64,000 nucleotides of DNA from assembly GCA_963704725.1 (NCBI GenBank), contig OY969934.1, positions 3,296,001-3,360,000 of the forward strand, read 5' to 3'. This document shows, in pieces, positions 38,014 through 49,183 of the stretch. Made by a program: the position numbers and the translations under genes. The notes under the pieces were generated by a model. That model was given only the letters and a program-made list of their open reading frames with translations. It did no database searches and was not told the DNA's origin. Positions within the stretch are counted from its first letter, which is position 1. The number at the start of each line of letters is the position of its first letter. This stretch comes from an uncultured Actinomycetes bacterium. Its GTDB lineage: Bacteria > Actinomycetota > UBA4738 > HRBIN12.

Positions 38014-40803
38014 CTAGGCGTCCTCCGCCTCGCCTCCACGGTCCTCGCCCGGCCTCGACAGGTCCAGGGAGCCCTGGGCGACGAGCCCGGAGAGCTCCGC
38101 GCGGGACCGGATCCCAAGCTTGCGGTACACGCGCGTGAGGTGCGCCTCCACGCTCGCGACGCTCATGAACAGCTCCGCTGCGATCTCTCGGTTCCTCAGG
38201 CCCCGGCTCACCAGCGCCGCGACGCGGCGCTCGACGTCGGTGAGCCGTCCGGCCGTCCGTCCCGGCGCCGCTCGGTCGAGCTCCTCCTCGGTCCGTGCCT
38301 GCCAGAGCGCCGCGCCCATGCTCTGGAACCGAGCTCGAGCGCCCTCCAGGATGTCGGCGGCGAGCGTCCGGCGGCCGGCGCGCAGGAGGGCGCGTCCGCG
38401 CTGCAGCATGGCCCGGGCGGCGTCCGGTGCGTGGCCGAGCCGGTCGAAGACCTCGGTCGCGCTCTCGAGGAACACCGCGGCGGCGTCGGCCTCCCCGATC
38501 GCGAGATGCCAGACGCCTCGGCTGCGCGCCAGCGCGCCCCAGGCCCAGGGGAGGTCGAGCGCCGTCGCCTCGCGTTCGAGCCGGTCCAGCATCGTCTCCG
38601 CGCCCGCGACGTCGCCGGATGCCGACAACGCCTCGACGGCGTCGGGGACGATCGGCACCGCGCCCGGATGTGCGAACCCCCAGTCCTTCAGCAACAGGGC
38701 GCCGTCGGTGAGCTCGCGGGCGGCCGCGTCCGCGTCGCCCTCCGACAGGGCGAGCAGGCCGAGCACGCTCTTCGCGCGAACGACGCTCGGCCGCCCGCCG
38801 CGCCGCCTGCCCCACTCGAGGAGATGCTCGGCCGAGGCACGCGCCTCGGCCCGCCGTCCGAGCCAGGCGTCGACGAGCGCGAGCGGATAGAAGAGCCAGC
38901 CTTCGGCGTCGGGATTCTCCGCGTCGCGGGCGGATTCCATCGCCGCATGGACGACCTCTGCGGCGGAGGCGAGACGGCCCGACGCGCATTCGAGCAGCGC
39001 GAGGTCGTAGAGGCGGTACGGGCGTTCCAGCTCGTGACCCGAGCGCTCGTCGTCGGCGAGCGTCGCGTCCAGGAGCTCTCGCGCCCGAGGAAGATCACCC
39101 GCCCAGAGCGCCTGTTTGGCCGCCCACGCCATCGGACCACCCCCCAGGCGAGGCCGGCCGATCTCCTCGGTGAGGGCGACCGCCCGCGCCATACGATCGG
39201 GTCGGGGGTTGCCGGACAGCGCCTCCATGTGGGCGAGGTGGCCGCCGGCCAGCATCTGGAGCTCGGGGTCCTCGTGCCGGTCGGCGATCGCCGCAGCCTG
39301 CCGAGCGCACTCCAGCCCGGCTGGTAGGTCGCCGCGGTACATCCCGCGCGCCCAGCCGAGGATGTCGAGGACCCGCCCGCGCAGGAGCTCGTCCTCGCCG
39401 GCGTCCTCGATGGCCTGCACGAGCAGCCGGTCGCTGCGCTCGAGGTCCTCGTCCCCCACGTAGAAGCGTTGGATGAGGGCCTCTGCTCGCATCGGCCCCG
39501 GCGGGAGGGCGGCGACGAGGCGATCCGTGAGCGCGAGGGCCCGGCTCGCCTCTCCCGCGGCCGCGAGGTGGACGATCTCCGCGATGGCTCGACGGCGAGC
39601 ATCGCCGTGGTCGCCGGGGGGCGTCAGTCGCGCGCTGTGGTGTGCGAACTCCGCGGCGAGATCGGTCGCCCCGCGCCGCCCCGCCCGTTCGGCGGCTTCT
39701 TCCAGGAACCGCGCGACGTCCTCGTCCGGCAGGTCGATCGACGTCGCGAGATGGCGGGCACGCACGTCCGGATCGACGGCGTGGTCCGCGAGCACGGCGT
39801 GCAGCGCCCGACGGGCCGGCGGGGCCATGCGGGCGGACACACCCGAACCCAGGAGGGGGTGAGCGATGCGGACCTGCAGGTCCTCCTCGATCACGACGAG
39901 CCCGTGCGCCTCGGCAAGGGGCAAGAGCCGGTCCAGCTGCAGGGCCGGGAGGATCTCCTGGAGCTCCCGGACGGACGATCCGCCCACCACCGAGACCGTC
40001 TCCAGCAGCGGGACGAGGTCACCCGGAAGACGGTCCAGCCGCTGCGCGATGGCCTCTTGGAGCGAGCTCGGGAAGGCGAGCTCGACGTGGCCGCGGCCGG
40101 ACCGGCCGTCTCCCTCGAGGCCGCGAGCGAGCTCGATCGCGTACAGGGGGTTTCCGCCGGAGGCCGCGTGGATCCTTCGGAGCAGCGGCCGAGAGATGGA
40201 GGCGACGGTTCCGGCCAGGACCCGTCGGAGCTCGGCGAGGTCGAGCGGGCCGAGCTCCAGCAGCTCGAGGCGCTCGGGCGGCACGATCGCGGCCAGCGCG
40301 AGCGGATCGTCGGGATCGGTCTCCCGGCGCGCGGTGACGAGGATGCCGATCGGCTCGGCGTCGATGCGCCGCAACGCGTATCGGAGCGTCCGGGCGGACA
40401 CCGAGTCCAGCCATTGCACGTCGTCGATCGCCAGCAGCGCCGGTCCGCGCCCCCCGATGACGCGGAGCTCCGTGAGCGCCCGGCGCCCGCGAGCGAACGG
40501 ATCCTCTTCACTGCGCAGCTCCTCGAGCTCCGACTCCGGGCTCTGGAGGAGATCGACCAGGCCGACGAGGTCGAGCGCCATCTCGTCTTCCGTCGGCCTG
40601 GTCTGCCGAACGTCGATGCCGGCCGCGCGTGCGCTCGCAACCGCGTGACGCCACAGCGCGGTCTTGCCGATACCGATGTCGCCCCGGATGACCAGCGCCC
40701 GCATCCCCGTCGACACGGCGCGGACGAAGGCGTCGACGCGCGCCACCTCGACCTCCCGGCCGACGAGGGTCGGCGACGCCGGAGGGCTGGGCGTTCGGCG
40801 CAT
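38014..40803 (-). CDS. Large ATP-binding LuxR regulator (AAA/STAND + TPR-like + LuxR HTH), paralog B
   Basis: LVGRE, GDIGIGKT, IDDVQWLD, GGNPLYA, C-terminal HTH VEAHLTRVYRKLG. Confidence 0.93.
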   Translation of the reverse strand: MRRTPSPPASPTLVGREVEVARVDAFVRAVSTGMRALVIRGDIGIGKTALWRHAVASARAAGIDVRQTRPTEDEMALDLVGLVDLLQSPESELEELRSEEDPFARGRRALTELRVIGGRGPALLAIDDVQWLDSVSARTLRYALRRIDAEPIGILVTARRETDPDDPLALAAIVPPERLELLELGPLDLAELRRVLAGTVASISRPLLRRIHAASGGNPLYAIELARGLEGDGRSGRGHVELAFPSSLQEAIAQRLDRLPGDLVPLLETVSVVGGSSVRELQEILPALQLDRLLPLAEAHGLVVIEEDLQVRIAHPLLGSGVSARMAPPARRALHAVLADHAVDPDVRARHLATSIDLPDEDVARFLEEAAERAGRRGATDLAAEFAHHSARLTPPGDHGDARRRAIAEIVHLAAAGEASRALALTDRLVAALPPGPMRAEALIQRFYVGDEDLERSDRLLVQAIEDAGEDELLRGRVLDILGWARGMYRGDLPAGLECARQAAAIADRHEDPELQMLAGGHLAHMEALSGNPRPDRMARAVALTEEIGRPRLGGGPMAWAAKQALWAGDLPRARELLDATLADDERSGHELERPYRLYDLALLECASGRLASAAEVVHAAMESARDAENPDAEGWLFYPLALVDAWLGRRAEARASAEHLLEWGRRRGGRPSVVRAKSVLGLLALSEGDADAAARELTDGALLLKDWGFAHPGAVPIVPDAVEALSASGDVAGAETMLDRLEREATALDLPWAWGALARSRGVWHLAIGEADAAAVFLESATEVFDRLGHAPDAARAMLQRGRALLRAGRRTLAADILEGARARFQSMGAALWQARTEEELDRAAPGRTAGRLTDVERRVAALVSRGLRNREIAAELFMSVASVEAHLTRVYRKLGIRSRAELSGLVAQGSLDLSRPGEDRGGEAEDA

Positions 40804-40822
40804 CGCCCGATTATCCGCCGGT

Positions 40823-43579
40823 TCAGGAGGTGTCCCGGACGCCCACGTCAACGCCGCCCTCGACGACCATCCGTGCCAGGTCGCTCCGGGAGCGGATGCC
40901 GAGCTTCCGGTAGATGCGCGTGAGATGGGCCTCGACGGTCGCCACGCTCATGAAGAGCGTCGTCGCGACCTCTCGGTTCTTGCCGCCCCCTGCCACCAGC
41001 TGGGCAACCCGCATCTCGGTCGAGGTGAGACGACCGCCCGCCGGACCCGGCGCGGCGCGATCGACGTCCTCGGCCGCTCGCGCCTCCCACAGGCGGGCGC
41101 CGATCCTCGCGAATCGCTCCCTCGCGTCGACGAGGACCCGGACGGCGAGCGCGCGGCGGCCGTCGCGAAGCAGCGCCCGGCCTCGCCACAGCTCGGCACG
41201 GGTGGCGTCGGGCTCGTGCGCCAACTCCGAGAATCGGGCGGCCGCCTCCTCCGCCGACGCGGCGGCGCCTGCCGCGTCACCCTCCGCGAGGAGCACGATC
41301 CCGCGGCATCGCGTTGCGGCCGCCCGGCCCCACGCGTGGCCGCTCGCCGCCGCCTGGCGCTCCAGGCGATCCATGAAGCTCCTCGCGGTCGGCAGGTCGC
41401 CCGAGAGCGCGGCGGCCTCGACCGCGTCGGGAAGCGCAGGGAAGACTCCGGGATGTCCGACGCCCATCTCCTGCAGGAGGCGAACGGCCACGGAGAGCTC
41501 GTGCACGGCGCCGTGGTGGTCTCCCTCCGAGAGGGCGAGCAGCCCGAGGACGCGTCGGCCCGCCACGGTATCGGGCCGCTCCCCGAGTCGCTCCGCCCGA
41601 TCGAGGAGGCGCCGCGCGGTGGAGCGGGCCTCGGACGCTCGGCCGAGCCAGGCGTCCACCAGGGCCTTGGGATAGAGGAACCACCGGTCCCCGAGCGTGC
41701 TCCCCGAGTCGCGGACCGCCTCGAGTCCCTGCTCGACCAACGTCTCCGCCGCGGCGAAGTCCCCGGCCGCCACGTCGGCCAGGGCGAGGTCGTACAGCTG
41801 GAACGGTCTCTGGAACTCGTCGGAGGAAGCGCCGGATCCGACGAGCGTCCTGGCCGCCTCCAGGTCGCCCGCCCACCGGTATTGCTTCGCGAGCAGGCCA
41901 CGAGCTCGACGGCCGGTCGTCAGTGGAAGCCCATCCGCGGCGTCCTCCAGCGCGATGGCGCGCTCCATGACCGGCAGGACGCGAGCCCCTTCGATGGCCT
42001 CCAGGTGCGCGAGACCGGACAGCGTCATCGCCAGCAGCCGCGAGTCGTCCAGCCGCTCGGCGATCGCCTGCGCCGACCCGGCGCATTCGATCGCAGCTCG
42101 CACCGCGCCGAACGAGAGCCAATGCGCGAAGGCCAGCTCGTCGAGCACCCGGGCCCGCAGGGGCTCGTCGTCGCCTGCGTCCTCGAGCGCTCGCTCGAGC
42201 AGCGCGATGCTCGTCCGCGGACGGTCGTTCTCGAGGTCCGAGCGAAGGACGAGCGCTCGAGCCCGACCCGGCCCAGGAGGCTGACGGGCAACGAGCTCGT
42301 CCGCCAGTGCCAGCGCCCGGCTGGCCTCACCCGCGGCGGCCAGGTTCTCGATCTCGAGCTGGACGCGGCGGCGGGCCCTCTCGACGTCGCCCTCGGGCGT
42401 CACCCGCGCGCTGTGCCGCGCGAACTCCGCCGCGAGATCGAAGGACCCCCGACCGGACGCGCGCTCCGCCGCCTGCTCGAGCAGCAGCGCCACATCCGCG
42501 CCGGGCGTCTCGGTCGACAACGCGAGGTGCCGGGCACGGATGTCGGGATCGAGCGCCAGGTCCGCCAACCGACCGTGCAAGGCTCGTCGCGACATCGGCG
42601 TCATGCGCGCGTACACGGTCTCGCCGATGAGTGGATGCGAGAAGCGGATCTCCTCCTTCTCGACCACCAGGATGCCGAGTCGTTCCGCGAGCGCGAGCAG
42701 GTCGTCGGTGTCCACCTCGGGCACGTTCCGCTCGAGCTCCGAGACCGGGACGGGTCCGAGCCCGGCGGCGGCCTCGAGCAGGGGCGCGAGCTCGACCGGC
42801 GCCGACTCCAGGCGACGCGTGATCGCCGCCCCGATCGAGTCGGGCAGGGAGAGCGTGCGCCCGGAGCCTCGCATCCGCTCGTCGGCGGCCAGGCCGCGCG
42901 CCAGCTCGATCGCGTACAGGGGATTGCCGCCGGAGACCCGGTGGATCCTTCTGAGGGTCGGCCGCGAGATCGCCGTGACGACCCGGGCCAGGACTCGACG
43001 CAACTCCTCCAGGCCGAGCGGGCCGAGATCGACTTCCCGGAGCCGTCCGGGAGGCAGGGTGTCCGAGCAGGAGAGCGGATCGTCCGTGCGGCCGCTCATC
43101 CGGGTCGTCGCGAGCACGCCGACCGGAGCCGCCTCGAGGCGCCGAAGCGCGAACCGCAGGGCCCGAGCCGATGCCGGATCCAGCCACTGGAGGTCGTCGA
43201 TGGCGAGCACGACCGGACCTCGGTCGGCGAGCTCGCCGATCGCGCCGAGGACCAGACGTCCGCGCGAGAGCGGGTCGTCGTCCGCGCGGAGACCGGCGAC
43301 GTCGAGCGGGGCTCCCTCGAACAGGTCCGCGAGCGCGACGAGGTCGAGCGCCATCTCCTCCTCGGCCGGCCTGGCCACGAGCACCCGATGGCCGGCCTCC
43401 CCGCATCTCTCGATCGCGTGGCGCCAGAACGCCGTCTTGCCGACCCCCGGCTCCCCGCCGATGACGAGCGCGCGCGGGCCGCGGGCGACGTCCGCCGCGA
43501 AGGCCTCGATCATGGCGCGCTCTCGATCACGGCCCACGATGTCGCGCGATCGACCTGAGGCCAGCGCCGCCTCGCTCAT
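40823..43579 (-). CDS. Large ATP-binding LuxR regulator (AAA/STAND + TPR-like + LuxR HTH), paralog A
   Basis: [44 protein letters not shown]. Confidence 0.93.
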   Translation of the reverse strand: MSEAALASGRSRDIVGRDRERAMIEAFAADVARGPRALVIGGEPGVGKTAFWRHAIERCGEAGHRVLVARPAEEEMALDLVALADLFEGAPLDVAGLRADDDPLSRGRLVLGAIGELADRGPVVLAIDDLQWLDPASARALRFALRRLEAAPVGVLATTRMSGRTDDPLSCSDTLPPGRLREVDLGPLGLEELRRVLARVVTAISRPTLRRIHRVSGGNPLYAIELARGLAADERMRGSGRTLSLPDSIGAAITRRLESAPVELAPLLEAAAGLGPVPVSELERNVPEVDTDDLLALAERLGILVVEKEEIRFSHPLIGETVYARMTPMSRRALHGRLADLALDPDIRARHLALSTETPGADVALLLEQAAERASGRGSFDLAAEFARHSARVTPEGDVERARRRVQLEIENLAAAGEASRALALADELVARQPPGPGRARALVLRSDLENDRPRTSIALLERALEDAGDDEPLRARVLDELAFAHWLSFGAVRAAIECAGSAQAIAERLDDSRLLAMTLSGLAHLEAIEGARVLPVMERAIALEDAADGLPLTTGRRARGLLAKQYRWAGDLEAARTLVGSGASSDEFQRPFQLYDLALADVAAGDFAAAETLVEQGLEAVRDSGSTLGDRWFLYPKALVDAWLGRASEARSTARRLLDRAERLGERPDTVAGRRVLGLLALSEGDHHGAVHELSVAVRLLQEMGVGHPGVFPALPDAVEAAALSGDLPTARSFMDRLERQAAASGHAWGRAAATRCRGIVLLAEGDAAGAAASAEEAAARFSELAHEPDATRAELWRGRALLRDGRRALAVRVLVDARERFARIGARLWEARAAEDVDRAAPGPAGGRLTSTEMRVAQLVAGGGKNREVATTLFMSVATVEAHLTRIYRKLGIRSRSDLARMVVEGGVDVGVRDTS

Positions 43580-43721
43580 CGCGCGATCATAGGCGGGCTC
43601 CCGGCGCGAGCGCCTCCCCCGAATCACCTACGCGGATCCGGCGCCGATGGAAGGGTCGTGCGATGTCGCCCGCGACCGTCCGACGGCCCGGCCGAGGATC
43701 AGGGAGCGACGAGCGTGCCGA

Positions 43722-44105
43722 TCACCCGTCCCGCGGACCGAGGATCTGCAGGACCGTGCGTCCCAGCCCCGCGCGCAGGTCGGATCGCACCTCCGCGATG
43801 ACCTCGCGCAAACCGGTGCTGGCACCCTTCTCCAGCTCCGACAGAACGGCTTCCGCCGCGGCAAGGTCGTTCCCGGTGAGGGGCCGGTGATGCCCTTCCT
43901 CCGTCGACTCGATCAGCCGCGTGGCGGCCGCGAGCAGACGGTCGGTCCGCCGCTGCAGCCGGAGACTGGCCGCGTATCTCCTCGACAGCTCGTCGCGATG
44001 CGACGTCAGAGCCCCGAGCCACCGCCGACCGTTCGGCGAACCCGTCGCGTGCGCGGCGACGAAGCGGCGCAGGCCTGCGAGCTGTTCGCCGGTGATCGTC
44101 GTCAT
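43722..44105 (-). CDS. Hypothetical helical protein, possibly CFI-box-CTERM-like
   Basis: ATG overlaps peptidase stop (ATGA); LAGLRRFVAAHATGSPNGRRWL. Confidence 0.65.
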   Translation of the reverse strand: MTTITGEQLAGLRRFVAAHATGSPNGRRWLGALTSHRDELSRRYAASLRLQRRTDRLLAAATRLIESTEEGHHRPLTGNDLAAAEAVLSELEKGASTGLREVIAEVRSDLRAGLGRTVLQILGPRDG

Positions 44106-45226
44106 CGCGACGGGGACCCTTCGTGGCGGCGGAGCGCCCGCGCCCACGGCGCGAACACGGCGGTCCGAAGCAACCGAGCAAGGCGCGGCCTGGAACGGGC
44201 AACGCGGGCGAGCGGCGGGCTGAGATGCCGGTACACCGCGACCAGCAGTCGCATGAGCGCCGCCGCCGAAGCACCCGCTCGAAGATGGCGATCGCGCCAG
44301 CGCCGGATCGTGACCACGTCCGGGTGGAGCCGATCGCCGTAGGCGGCGCTCGCCACGAGACACGGCGTGAGATCGAGCAGGCTACCCCAGGTGAGCGTGT
44401 CGAGGACCACCCCGGTGCAGATGGAGCAGTACGGGATGTAGAGGTTGTTCATGAGACAGTCGTACTCGGGCCGGTAGCAGCCGCAGGCAACGTACTTGGC
44501 GCCCTCGAACAGCCCGACCGTCCCGACAGGCACCGGGCTTGCCTGTGTGTCGCACAGCGTGCAGTTCGGGTTCGACGCGGTCGGCACCGGTGTCGCCGGG
44601 TCGATGGAATCGGCCCACTTCCCGACGTTCGCCAGGTCGGCCAGCGTGGCGGCCGCCGTGACGTTCGGCTCCACCGGCTCGCTCCCCACGAAGGAGCCGC
44701 CGCCGCTGCAGTACTCGTCGGCGAGCCCGAACGCCGCGTGCCCCATCTCGTGAAGCGCGATCCAATCCGGGTCGTAGAGTGACGCCACCGCCACCTGGCC
44801 GCCGCCGCCTCCGTAGACCGTGCTGTTGACGAACACGAGCAGGGCGTCCCACTCGGGCACCTCGACGTTGGCCGTGTCGATGACGATCGATTCGTCGACG
44901 TACAGCAGGCGGTCCGTACCCCCGACGCAGAACTCGGCGTCGAAGTAGGTGGCCACGAGGGAACCATCGCAATCCGGGCTGTCGGCCCCCGATTCCGACG
45001 ACTCGACGTCGATCCTGTGGACGTTGACCTTGTCCCACGTGAGCGAGCCGGCGAACGGGCTCTGCGTCGGGAGGAACGTCACGAAGTCGTCGACGACGGC
45101 CTCGAAGGCGCCGAGCTCGGCGGCCGTGAACCCGTCGCCCGTGACGACCAGGTTCCACTTGTCCTCGTCGGGGCCGTTGTCCACCAGCTTGGTGGTGCCG
45201 ACGACCGAGCCGTCACTCGTGGTCAT
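44102..45226 (-). CDS. M64 family metallopeptidase with C-terminal CFI-box-CTERM-like domain
   Basis: GDGFT, YGGGG, HEMGHAAFGLADEY, GLFEGA, YRP..DCLM, CxxC; tail CLVASAAYG..HPDV.TIRRWRD. Confidence 0.85.
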   Translation of the reverse strand: MTTSDGSVVGTTKLVDNGPDEDKWNLVVTGDGFTAAELGAFEAVVDDFVTFLPTQSPFAGSLTWDKVNVHRIDVESSESGADSPDCDGSLVATYFDAEFCVGGTDRLLYVDESIVIDTANVEVPEWDALLVFVNSTVYGGGGGQVAVASLYDPDWIALHEMGHAAFGLADEYCSGGGSFVGSEPVEPNVTAAATLADLANVGKWADSIDPATPVPTASNPNCTLCDTQASPVPVGTVGLFEGAKYVACGCYRPEYDCLMNNLYIPYCSICTGVVLDTLTWGSLLDLTPCLVASAAYGDRLHPDVVTIRRWRDRHLRAGASAAALMRLLVAVYRHLSPPLARVARSRPRLARLLRTAVFAPWARALRRHEGSPSR

Positions 45227-45227
45227 C

Positions 45228-45683
45228 TCAGTCGGGCTCCAGTTCGAGACGGAGCAGCTCCCGTCGGACGCGCGCCCCGCCGGGTGGGGGCGCGAGCCCA
45301 GCCTGCGCGAGAACGACCTCCGGTCCGGCGGACACCACGACGACGATCTCGGCTCCCGTACGAGGTACCACGACGGTGAACACGCCGGTCGGACGGGCGA
45401 ACGCGACCCTTCGCAGGCGCCCATCCGGGTCGACGACCTCCGCGTCCTGCGGGATCGGGTCGTTCAGCACCCGGCGGTAGAGGACCTCGTCGGTCCGTGA
45501 CCTGAGCTCGAGGATCACGGCGTTGGGCGGGGGCTCTCGGTCCAGTGGGGCGCTGGGCGGCGCCGACTTGCGCCGCCGCAGCCGGTCCTTGAGCCGCAGC
45601 CCCGCTTCGTCGTAAGCGAAGGTCAGCCGGACCGATCCCCTCCGAGGGCCTGCCTGAGTCCCGGCAACGTGTGGCGTGCTCAC
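45228..45683 (-). CDS. Hypothetical protein, upstream partner of the M64 peptidase
   Basis: VRLTFAYD...ELR...VLYRRVLNDPIPQDAEV...GVFTVVVP; stop 1 nt before peptidase ATG. Confidence 0.75.
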   Translation of the reverse strand: MSTPHVAGTQAGPRRGSVRLTFAYDEAGLRLKDRLRRRKSAPPSAPLDREPPPNAVILELRSRTDEVLYRRVLNDPIPQDAEVVDPDGRLRRVAFARPTGVFTVVVPRTGAEIVVVVSAGPEVVLAQAGLAPPPGGARVRRELLRLELEPD

Positions 45684-45716
45684 GGCGACGAACGTAGCGA
45701 AGGCGTCACGGCCTCG

Positions 45717-45734
45717 CTAGCGGGGTTCCCCTAG
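45717..45734. promoter_or_regulatory. Putative LuxR/STAND activator site, copy 2
   Basis: CTAGCGGGGTTCCCCTAG; 20 bp from -10 TACGTT (45691-45696, minus strand). Confidence 0.65.
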
Positions 45735-45874
45735 AGAATCCGCCGGCCCGACGCCGAGCGGCCTCGACCCCGAGCCTGGATACCGAAGGGCCCGGCAGCC
45801 ACACGGTTGCCGGGCCATCGGTCTTGCGGCCGGGCGGCGGGGACCGCCCGACGATTGTGTTGTCGGATCCTCCG

Positions 45875-48364
<2,490 letters not shown>

Positions 48365-48746
48365 CGCTCTCCCCCGGGGCCCGGGAGCCCCTTGTGTTCG
48401 AAAACAGCCTCGGGGATCAGCGGACCCCGTCCTACCCCCGAGGCAGGTCGGGCGCCCCGGTGGTGCGCCTTTCAGCGCGCCTTCCGAAGCGCCCCACAGC
48501 GGTCAGTATACCCCTGGCCCCCGATACGGCCGTTCGGGCCGGCACACCCCTCTTGCTTACCCCAACGTCGCGTTCGGCACCTTCGTTCCGTATATTCGGC
48601 CACGATCTCGGCGGGGATGAGCATCGCTGGAAGATGTAACCCGTTGAGCCTGGATATAGGCCGAAAGGACCAGGAGAGATTCCCCCGTCTGGGGAATGTT
48701 CGGAGCCTGCTCGCCTCGGGGAGGATTCCTACGTAGCGTGCCTTCC

Positions 48747-49178
48747 GTGAAGATCCCATCCGAGGATCCCGCCGCCGGAAGCGATGCCTTCCCCAGAAGG
48801 AGACGATCGCCGTTGCGGGTCCTGGTGGTCGACGACCACCCGGCGTTTCGCCGAGCCCTCACCTCCGCCCTGCGGATGGTCAAGGACATCGAGGTGGCCG
48901 GCGAGGCGGGCGGAGGGGTCGAGGCGGCCCAGCGGGCCGTCGACGGGGACCCCGACCTCGTCCTCATGGACCTGTCCATGCCGGACCTGGACGGCATCGC
49001 GGCGATGCGGCGGATCCACGAGCGCAAGCCCCACCTGCCCGTGGTGATCCTCACGGCGCACGCCGATCCCGGCGTCGAGAAGGAGGCTCGCGAGGCCGGC
49101 GCCTCGGGGTTCCTCGCGAAGGGGACCGCCCTGGAGGACCTCGTCCTCGTCCTGCACGAAGCCGCCGACGGCGAGTAA
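48747..49178 (+). CDS. Single-domain NarL-type response regulator receiver
   Basis: VLVVDDH, MDLSMP, ILTA, FLAK; no output domain; TAGCGT 7 nt before GTG. Confidence 0.88.
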   Translation: MKIPSEDPAAGSDAFPRRRRSPLRVLVVDDHPAFRRALTSALRMVKDIEVAGEAGGGVEAAQRAVDGDPDLVLMDLSMPDLDGIAAMRRIHERKPHLPVVILTAHADPGVEKEAREAGASGFLAKGTALEDLVLVLHEAADGE

Positions 49179-49183
49179 CTCTC

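Noticed and set aside
38014-43579. STAND ATPases as Avs-type antiphage NLRs
   Set aside because: C-terminal LuxR HTH and no N-terminal effector domain; architecture is that of MalT/LAL transcription factors
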